From Camelus ferus (Eukaryota), in contig NC_045696.1 of the NCBI RefSeq assembly GCF_009834535.1, positions 23,252,001 through 23,316,000 of the forward strand: a DNA stretch of 64,000 bases, given 5' to 3'. Under the pieces are notes generated by a model. The model ran no database searches. It was not told where the DNA came from and worked only from the letters and a program-made list of their open reading frames with translations. Shown one piece after another: positions 54,901-64,000 of the stretch; the first letter of the stretch is position 1, and every line of letters begins with the position of its first letter. The position numbers were made by a program, and so were the translations under genes.

Positions 54901-57639
54901 ATCTCCCCCTTAGTATCCTGTCATCATCTTTTCTTCTCTTTTAATTTATACTCTCTAGATACCCAGTGGAATACTGGTAGCAAGTCATCAACTAGTTAGG
55001 AAAACTGTCAACTGGAAGAACTGAAAGATTTGATGGAGAAAATATTTCCTTCTTTTTACATCCCAAGATCTCTCCTAAAGTTGTAATCTTTTATAAGAAC
55101 ATAAAACCGTGCTGAAAAGCTGATTTTTGACTAACAAGAAGTGTTCAGATTAAACGTTTATTTTCTATTTTATTCCATTGTTCTCTAAATTTTTGGATAT
55201 TCAAATAGGTTAAATAGGATGGCATATATATGACACATTTACATATACACAAACATGTTTTTTTCATTATGAGAAACAAATATTCCCACTCATTTTATCT
55301 GGAAAATTCCCTGAAACTTCCTAGTTTTATGCCTGGTTTGATTAATTTATCAAATTCTCTTTTGATATACTGCAGACGGATCATGATTAATGTGTTTATC
55401 TGCTAAACGTACGAAGAGAAAGTTAGTTTAGGCAAGCAAGTCATTGCGTTCTACTTACTAATAAATCATTTGTTCTACGAGTTTTTGCCTCCTGGGTTGT
55501 TTACATTTTGAAGTGAATTCAACATTCTTTTGTTAAAAAAAAATCTTTAGCTGGTACCGATTGAATTTTTAGTCATTTGAAAAGAAGTTAAAGAGAAGTT
55601 CCCTCTAACTCTGAGGGATTACTGCAAGTGTAGGGTGGGGGAAGAAGTCTACCCTTGCCTGACTCCATCTTTGAAGACTACAACCATAATAGAGTGGTTA
55701 CAGATGCCTTGGTCTGAGGGAGGCCTGAGTTTAAGTATCATTTGAACATAGAGCTAAATATCAGCTAAATAAAAGGCAAGACCTTAGAAGGGCGGAAGTC
55801 AGCATGCAACCTCCTGCGTGTGCACTGCTGGCTATATCATCATGTAGCAGCCAGTCTCAATGGGCCAACTTTCATTGTTTTCACTTATAAGAAGTTGATT
55901 CTTGGTCTCACTGCTGAGACCACTGTCCTCTTCCAATCATCCTGGCTCTGCCATCTTATGGTATTTTTCAGTACCAGTATGTACAGTATTTTTTAGTACT
56001 TGCTGAAAATAGACACAATTTCCTCCTTGAAACCAGCCCACTGCCTGGCACCGTTTCTTGAAACAAATTGCTATGTCATTCCAGTCTAACAGGCAACTTG
56101 CAATTTCAAAAACAAATTCAGCTGCAGCTGCTTTTAAAACATCTCACTAGGTTACTTCTCTGTCTTACGTCACCCAGGTTTCCAGAAATCTACTCAAACT
56201 GCCTAATGAGGCAATAAATTCCTTTATTGACTGTTTAGAATGTGGAAACAAATTGGAGTGACTCACTCAGGCTTTCTCCTAACCTTCTTATTCAGCAAAA
56301 CAGTTTATTTTCTTGAAAGAACAGGGAAAAAAAAAAAGGGGGCTGACAATTAAGAAATAAACTCAGTAGGTTCACCCTCTTTTGTTCCTCTAGGACATTC
56401 AGGACTGTCTTTTTTGCATGAGTATATGTTACAGTTTAATTGAGATTATAAAAGAGCAAAACTATGACTTATTTATCAACCTTGTGATAATTAATTTCCA
56501 GGTTTGCTTTTCACTAATTATGAATTAATACTTCAACTTGTTTTTTATGAAGCATTTTCTTGTTTTGTTTTCGTTGGCTTTATGGTTTTTGTTTGCTTTG
56601 CTTTAAGGTGCAGTGTTCCTCTGTAATTAATCACAGGTAGGAAGTTTACTTATTTGGGAGGTAACCTTAAAAGCAAGCCTTGCTTATAATGCTTTAGAAA
56701 GGACAGAAAATAATGCAGGAAGAAAAAGTATCTGAAAGTTTACATTTCTCTCTATAATTTTGCCTAAACAAATATTTGAATTATTTGTATTCGCTGTGTA
56801 TATTCCAAAAAATAATAGGTAAAACTACTTGGGAGGTTAAAAACTTAATAGCTACATTCAGAAAAAATATCTGTTTATATGTACATAATGGATATACATC
56901 TGAAAGCAGTACATTTGCAGTTAATAGTGAACTTAGAGTAAATTTAGCTCAGGCTCCTTAATTTATAGCTATTGAAAGAAAAGGTAAGGAAACAAAGAGA
57001 CTTGAAGAATATCACTGGAAAGTTGGTATAAAATACCCCATCTGGAATTCCCATCTCCTAAGCCATGAGTGTTCATTTCAATATTGCATTCTTGCCTTAC
57101 TTTTCATTGCTGAACCTGAAAATGCCATATGGTGTTCTTTCTCATGCACTCATTCATAAAAACCAGATCTTAAGCATGAGAGTTGGGTGGGGGGACTGGG
57201 CAGATCATCTCTGCCCCAAAAAGTTGGGAATCAGCTCCTCAAAAACAGTAGCCTTCCTCATAGTTAAAAATAGCGTTTCATGTTCCTCTTTTCTTTTTAA
57301 TTTCAATTCTTCTAAACTGCTCGCTTGAAGTTTAAAACATTAACATGAATATGAGTATGGGAAAAGTGAAAATAGCACAGACCGAGAAGCTATTGCATCA
57401 CACCTTCTAGGATGCCAGTCATCAGTACTAACCCTTGGTTTGTAAAATCTTTTCTTAAGTTCTCAGAATTCCACAAGAGGAAAGATATTAAGGAAACAAT
57501 AGAAATAGTACACAATAGGAGGCAACGGAATACGCTGTTATTTATTTTGAACCTTCTAAAGAATGGGACCTTATTATTCACCTTCATCTAATAAATTGGA
57601 ATTTATGTTGATATATGCAATTAACATTTATCATAGAAA

Positions 57640-57810
57640 CATAAACTTTTAGAGCTAGAAGAGACCTCAGGTATTATTTAATCTTAACCTCTACATTTTA
57701 CAGATAATGCCTAGGAAAGTAAAGTAGTTTATTAAGTGGCACTTAGAAATGTAGCAGGAGAGAAAGAGCTAGATATATTACTAAGACTCTCATGTTTTTC
57801 CTCCAATGTG
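57640..57810 (-). mobile_element. MIR-family fragment
   Basis: ttttagagctagaagagacctcag...aacctctacattttacagat. Confidence 0.65.
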
Positions 57811-59214
57811 CAGCTCCTTACCTGTATGTGAGTACACTTAAATGTTCTCATGCAGATATTTTGAGTTTTAAAAATAAATGCACAAATGAATTAAATCTGC
57901 CCCAAGACCTTGAGGGGCAAAATCACTTTTCTAAGCAGCACTGAAGTCACAGAAAAAAATGTTTACAGATCACTACAAGTGTTAATATCACCCCTTAAGT
58001 GCCAGTGTGTACTGGAAAACGTTGCCATTATCACAGATCACTTATGCTTAAAATTTAGAGCACGGACAGGAAAACATTTTTTACTCACACGAGCAAAAAT
58101 ATTGCCCCATTCATTCTCTTAACTCACTACAGTGGAAGGCTTCAAAATCCAGGTTAAAGAAAATTACAAATAAGTAAGTCACATCAAAAATATAATTATT
58201 TCTAAAAAGAAATGAACTCATCTTTTACTAATTCAACTGGAAAAGTACACTTTAAATGCAGTTTTCCATAAAACATAGTCATCTGGGTGAGCTTTACTAA
58301 TAAAGCTCTTTGGGGGACTCAGTGAACTCATTTCTGTATACTTGCAATTGTCTTAAGCAATGCAGTGCTGTAATGAGCTGAAGACATGGACTCCAAGAGG
58401 AGGCTACCCAAATGCTGACAAGTATGTGCCAAATAGAACTCCACATATCTTCCTCACTTTCAAGAGCTTCTTGAGTCAGAAAAACAATTGATTGTTTAAA
58501 CTTAACATGAGAATAAACATTATAATGATAATTCTTAAAACCCCAAGATTCTCTTTTCTTAAAGGGGCAGCTGTTGGCAGCAGCATGATAGACGTGCTAA
58601 TTTGTTTTTAATGTAAGTAGAGGACAAGTGGCTAATATAAGGTTAGAAGTCAGAAGATGTGGCTCCTCACTATGAGTTTTCACTAAATAGTTTTTGTAAC
58701 TTTAAAAGGACATTTCACCTTCCTGGATATTACTTTACTTAATTACATATATTAAGGTGTTTTGGACTTGAAAATCTCTAATCCACCTTTTAAATACTCA
58801 TATTCCAAGCAACATTTTGCATGAAAAAAATGGCATTTATGTAACTATACATTATATAGTTTATTTAATACTTTTTTAAAATTACTTCGTTAATATTAGA
58901 ACTAGGACAAGTTTTATTTGGTAATCCAAGTCCAAAATTTACTTTTCTACTTTTTCTTAAATAACCCACAAGCACACTTAAGAAAACAAACAAATAAACA
59001 AATAAATAGCAGTTGATCAAGTTGCAGAACACCAATGTAAGAATTTAAGGATTTTCTGATATACTGAACAATTAATACAGTACAAGAGAATGTTTTTCAA
59101 TGAACAAATACAATCTTAATTTTACATTTTAAAAACTACAGTTTTTCTCTGGTAACTAATCTACTTGACATGAAAAAAAAATTAAATTTACACTTAACTA
59201 TTTATCTAACAGGG

Positions 59215-59730
59215 CTGTAATGGACATTTCTTGGGATGCTATGTCAATTCCTCATCTTTCAGAACTGCCTGCCCTGTCCACAGGGGTGGGTCCTTAGCAG
59301 CTCAGTGACACTGTCTCCCCTAACTGATTCAACATAGTTGGACACTTGACCAGGCTGGCTTAATTAAACACTTTCTCTTAGGAACTTAGAATTGGGGTTG
59401 ATAAATATTCTTTCAGCTTGGTCCAGGACTTTGGAAATCTGTGTAAACTCATGACTGTTTACTGACCCTCTTCCAGCTTCTCTGAGGATTGAAATCAGTG
59501 GTCTGGCGCAGGAAAAACTATGAGGTAAGTTCACAGGAAGAAGCAGAGATGGAAGAGAGAGAATATTTCAGCAGGCATTAAGTATCCAGTTCTGTTCTAC
59601 ACTGAAGAGCAAGGCACTTTCCTCTTATTAGACTGCATGAAACAGTCCAGCAGCCTTTTAGTAGTTATATATTTGGCTTAAGTTAGCTCAATTTGACTTA
59701 CTTGTGAACAAAAAGCCTTAACTAAGTCTA
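59215..59730 (+). mobile_element. ERVL-MaLR LTR (MLT1K/L-like)
   Basis: ggacacttgaccaggctggc; gaagcagagatggaagagagaga; 3' end ggctaagttagctcaatttg...cttgtgaacaaaaagccttaactaa. Confidence 0.65.
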
Positions 59731-59871
59731 GGATATCTTAGTAGTGTTGTTAAAATCATTCGTACAGACTTTCAAAATTAATAATTAAAGAATTCAGAAT
59801 CACCAACATGAAATAAGTTGGCACTAAAGGCATGATCTTTACTGATTATAAAACATATGCTCATAAAATAA

Positions 59872-60121
59872 ATATGTCATAGAGATGTCATGTGCAGCAT
59901 GGTGACTATAGTTAATACTATATCACATTCGATAGTTAAGAGAGTAAAATTTAGAAGTCCTCATCACAAGGGGAAAAAAAAACTGTAACTATGTATGGTG
60001 ACAGATACTAACTAGAATTGTTATATTGATCATTTTCCAGTATATACAAATATTGAATCATTATATTGTATCCCTGAAACTAATGTTATAGGTCAATTAT
60101 ACCTCAATTAAAAATAAAAAA
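59872..60121 (+). mobile_element. LINE-1 (L1MA/MB-type) 3' end
   Basis: cagcatggtgactatagttaata...ctcatcacaag...tgaaactaatgttataggtcaattatacctcaattaaaaataaaaa. Confidence 0.88.
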
Positions 60122-60424
60122 CAATGCTTATGAAGATACCACACAAACCAGTCTCTTAAACAGAAAAATGGTAGTACCATCTGAGTAACAAAGTGAAATT
60201 TTTAAATATTTTACTGTATTTTATTTCACCAGACATTTTTGTAGTCTTACTCACTTCAAACACAGTTCAATTTCAGTATTTGTTATGTTAAAAAAGAGAA
60301 TAATTTAAGTGTTACATTTTGCCTCATAATGCCTTCTAGAATAAAGGACTTGTAACTCTTGGCCCTTTGGTAAATATACGTGTTTCACTGCTTACTTTTT
60401 AAAGCAATGTTTAACTTAGCTTAC

Positions 60425-60459
60425 CTGCCCTTTACATCACATCTCGTGTTTTAAGAGCT
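60425..60459 (-). other. Candidate 35-nt non-coding micro-exon
   Basis: ctcttttcattgcttcacag|AGCTCTTAAAACACGAGATGTGATGTAAAGGGCAG|gtaagc; stops in all frames; a second donor (AAA|gtaagc) lies ~30 nt downstream. Confidence 0.6.
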
Positions 60460-61467
60460 CTGTGAAGCAATGAAAAGAGCATAATGGAGCCATAGATCAA
60501 GGCACCTCATTCATTAACTTTTAAAATATCACCTCATTTATTTAGTCTTCCTCTGGAGTTTCTCTTTTGATAAGTAGCAATTTTATTAAACATCCATTTA
60601 AGTGAAATGAGAAAGAATGACATACTTTGCTCCAATACATATAAAGGTTATATTCTTACATCTAAATTTACTTTAGCCAGGAACATTACAGTGTAATCAC
60701 TACATCTGTTTTTTGTATATATAAGGAGTGGGAGGAATACTACTGGCTTTTAAATTTACAGCACACCAAATAGCTAATACAGATTTGGGCCAAGTGGGAA
60801 AACTTTGATGAAATTACCCTGTCTAGGGGAACAAAGAGGGTGAAGTCATTGGATTAATGGCAGGCCAAAATATTTGAAAGGTGAAAGCATGCTTCAAGAA
60901 GCCTGCAAGAAGAGAACCTAGTTACCAAATACAATTCGTTAAAAGTTAACAACACATATTGTCCTATAACTGGTATTAGTTTGAGGCTTCACCCAAAAGT
61001 CAGAAACATTACATCCTTTAAACAAAAGAATAACTGTCACAGCAGGCAATGCACTGCCTTGCAAATATAATTTCTCTGGTAATTAAAATATAAACTCACT
61101 CTGTGAGAGTGTTGAAAGAAAGAGTAGCTTAAACAGAATGCTTTATAAACTTAAGAGACTTCTAGACATCATCTTTCTAGTAAAATACTCAATTCCCAAA
61201 GATGAGGAAATCAATGGCCTGTAAGATTTATGAGATGAATCTAAGGGGAAAAAATACTTTATATTATAACATATAACAAAACATCATAGATACAAAATTA
61301 ATCCAGTGATTATTTCTTACATACTACCTATTCAGTAGTAGAAAAAACAATGAAATCTAGAATCAGAAATCCAGACCTTATTTTCCTTGCAATGTTCTTA
61401 TATGATTATCTTTCTTTTCCCATTAGTTATTGGGTCACATCTTTTCAAATTAGAATACTATGAACTT

Positions 61468-61548
61468 GTGGGGAGGGTATAGCTCAAGTGGTAGAGTACA
61501 TGCTTAGCATGCATGAGGTCTTGGGTTCAATCCCCAGTGCCTCCTCTG
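61468..61548 (+). mobile_element. Tailless tRNA-Ala-derived SINE head (Vic-1 type)
   Basis: 81-nt tRNA-like head with no A tail, flanked by a 21-bp TSD aaattagaa(t/c)actatgaactt (61447-61467, 61549-61569). Confidence 0.92.
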
Positions 61549-62416
61549 AAATTAGAACACTATGAACTTTCCAGTATATAACTTCTCAGAAACATACATA
61601 TGGAAAATTATGTTTAAGGACAAATTAGCCCACATTCTCAAGACAATCACTTTTTTTTCTTTTCTAGAAAATCTCCATTTCTTGTTTACTTAACAAGACA
61701 GAAGACAGTTTTTCCCCGTCAAAAAAGCTTTCATAAGTTTTATAAAAACTTTTCCAAATTATCTACATTCTCTTTTTAAGTTCACCCAGGAGTAATAACG
61801 GGCTATTCAATCAGAAGAAAGAAAAACCTGCCAGCCTTACCTACATTCTGAGATTGTTTTTTGAATCACAGCTAACTTGCCCACTTTTGCATGTGGCTTG
61901 TTTGCTTTATAAATATGGGCACAGAAATTTTATAGTTTTATTACAGATATCATTATATATATATACATATATACAAAATTACTCAGAGAAATTTATGCAC
62001 AACTCTGTCTTACATTAGAAAAAGAGAAATTTATGTACAACTCAGCCTTACATTATAAACAGAGAGGTGTTTTTTGCTTACATGAGATAAAGGTCAGGTG
62101 CAAACCAATATCTAAACATGTCTCTGTCTGTGGCCAAGCCCTCCTCTACTCCAGAAGGACCACATTGAGAATCTCTCGAAACTTAATGAACTTCTTTTCT
62201 CAACACACCAAAATGTAGAAGACATTTTGCAGATAATGTAATTAACTTTCTTGAGAATTCAATCCTTTCATAGCAAATACAAAAACAAAGAATTGTTAAT
62301 TTGGTTTTTCATTTTCAATGAAATATTTAACAAAACAGATACTTGTAAATTATATTGAAATAAATTTTAATTGGCAAGAATGGGTAAAAATCATGTAATT
62401 ATTTCTTCTCCTAGAG

Positions 62417-62596
62417 CAGTGATTCTCAAACTTGGCTACAAATTGAAATTACCTGAGGAGTTAAAAAAAAAATACTATGACTTAGGTCCTTCTACCAAAA
62501 ATGTATATTTCATTGGTCTGTGGTAGTCTTGTTATTAGGGTTTTTAAAAATCTCCCCAGGTGATTCTAATGTTCAGCCAATGGTTGAAAACCACTG
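62417..62596. mobile_element. MER5-family (MER5B-like) hAT-Charlie DNA transposon
   Basis: TIRs cagtgattctcaa / ttgaaaaccactg, internal ctccccaggtgattctaatg, and CTAGA-containing 8-bp flanks tcctagag / cactagaa. Confidence 0.9.
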
Positions 62597-63149
62597 CACT
62601 AGAATACAGATTAGTGTTAGGTTATGTTAATCTTTTAAGTAATTTGAACAGTTTTATTGAAAATAAACAGACAAAAGGTTATTTTATACTATCATAAGGT
62701 AACTGACATATTCATAATTAAAATCAGAAAAAAGTATTTAAAAATACTGGGCAAGATCAAATTCAAATATTTAATCTTTATAAGTCTCTTTAAAGACATA
62801 ATATGAAATAAGATGCTTGGTAAGACTGCATATACATAGGTGAGCAAATCTAAATTTCAGAAGCATGCCTACACTTAAATTACATGAATTTTCTTTTGTT
62901 ATATGTGGAAGATAATGGTAGAAAATCTTGTGTTTATTTTTGACAATTAAATCGTCTCACATTGTAACTTTTTTCAGAGAGCAAACTGGAACTCTTTGGA
63001 GTCAACTAAAATATACTTATCAGAGTTATAAGGTGAGAAATGGCATCTGAGATACCCAGATTGTTATGCTTCTTCCTAAAATCAATGCCTATGTTATTTC
63101 ATTTCAGAAAAGAAACAAAAGCAATTAATATGCCTGGATTCTGAAATGA

Positions 63150-63720
63150 GTTTAGTCAGAATTAGGAGCTGTTAGAGTAATATTAATGTTATAAAAATAG
63201 ATCGTACTGTATCCAAATGAATCTGAGCAGATATTCCTATACATATATGAAAGTATATATATACATACACAATTATTCACTGAGACAAGTGGTAGCAAAA
63301 GACTAAAAGTATCGAAATGTTCAACAATAGAAGACTAGTTCCTTCTACACAACAAAAACTCTGAGCCAAGGAAAAAAGTTACATATATTAAAAATTATAA
63401 AATTATATATATACATATACAATCTATGTACAAATGTAGAGAGAGCTCCAGGATATATTTCACCATTTCTTTTAAATACAGGAAAATGTTCATAGTCTGC
63501 TACCTCTATGAAAAGAAACAAGTGAGAAAACAATACATGCATATTCATGTTTGCTTATATTTGTATTACAATGTGTCAGAAGTCAATAAAATGAAGGAAT
63601 AAATAAGGTAGGAGAAGAACTTCTCAATATGTATTTTTAAACAGTTTTGATTTTGAACAATTTAAATGTATTCATATGAAAATAAATTCAAATCCACTAA
63701 TAAAATATGAATATTCATAT
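63150..63720 (+). mobile_element. Ancient LINE-1 (L1ME-type) 3' remnant
   Basis: aaatgttcaacaatagaagactag; acagttttgattttgaacaatttaaatgtatt. Confidence 0.5.
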
Positions 63721-64000
63721 TGATATTTTGGGGTTTATTCTACATATTCATAGGATAGCATTAAAAAGGGTCCAATCCAAAAATGAAGACAATAAATATT
63801 TTAAACAATAGAGAATTGGTTTAATAAACTTTCTTGTATAAGAAAAGAATACTATGAAATCTTATTTAAAAATATTGGAATAGAAACTTCTGACCTAAAA
63901 GGGATGTATAATGAGAAAACTTTTTAAGTTGAAAAAAAGGCAGGTTAAAAACAAACATAAGATATGATCTACTTTGTGTAAAATAGTAAAGGTACATACA

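Noticed and set aside
55903..55922. Short perfect hairpin tggtctca-ctgc-tgagacca (a similar one near 43747-43764)
   Set aside because: 8-bp stems are expected by chance in 64 kb; no miRNA-length stem or IRE geometry.
2893..63548. The short ORFs in the supplied track as host genes
   Set aside because: They are 60-117 aa, compositionally biased, often start at GTG/TTG, and many lie in repeats or microsatellites. None resembles a protein I recognise apart from L1 ORF2 pieces.
1..64000. Prokaryote-type novel system (CRISPR array, operon, defence island, retron)
   Set aside because: No regularly spaced repeats and no gene-dense ORFs. The DNA is mammalian intron-like, and the only RT motif belongs to a dead LINE-1.

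Overview
AT-rich, CpG-depleted mammalian genomic DNA, most likely camelid: it carries three copies of a tRNA-Ala(AGC)-derived SINE matching the camelid Vic-1 type. The window looks intronic and is dominated by transposon relics: a ~2.2 kb 5'-truncated LINE-1 with broken ORF2, several L1 3' ends, L2, MIR, MaLR/ERVL LTRs and MER5. I could not identify any host protein-coding sequence. The only ORF-track entries I recognise are L1 ORF2 fragments (25495-27255). The minus strand carries small exon-like segments with good splice signals (35, 45, 95, 27, 77 and 61 nt), some closed in all three frames. It also has a CpG-enriched promoter-like patch (~34.6-35.5 kb) containing a splice donor. Together these suggest the multi-exon 5'UTR of a large minus-strand gene, or a lncRNA; the gene was not recognised. 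I found no evidence for a novel multi-gene system. The best leads are the non-coding micro-exons with start-stop uORFs, an internal promoter/first exon, a tailless SINE insertion, a local duplication fused to an L1 tail, and an internally deleted L1 inverted to a neighbouring L1. Repeat families were assigned by recognition, not by search, and ancient-repeat boundaries are approximate.
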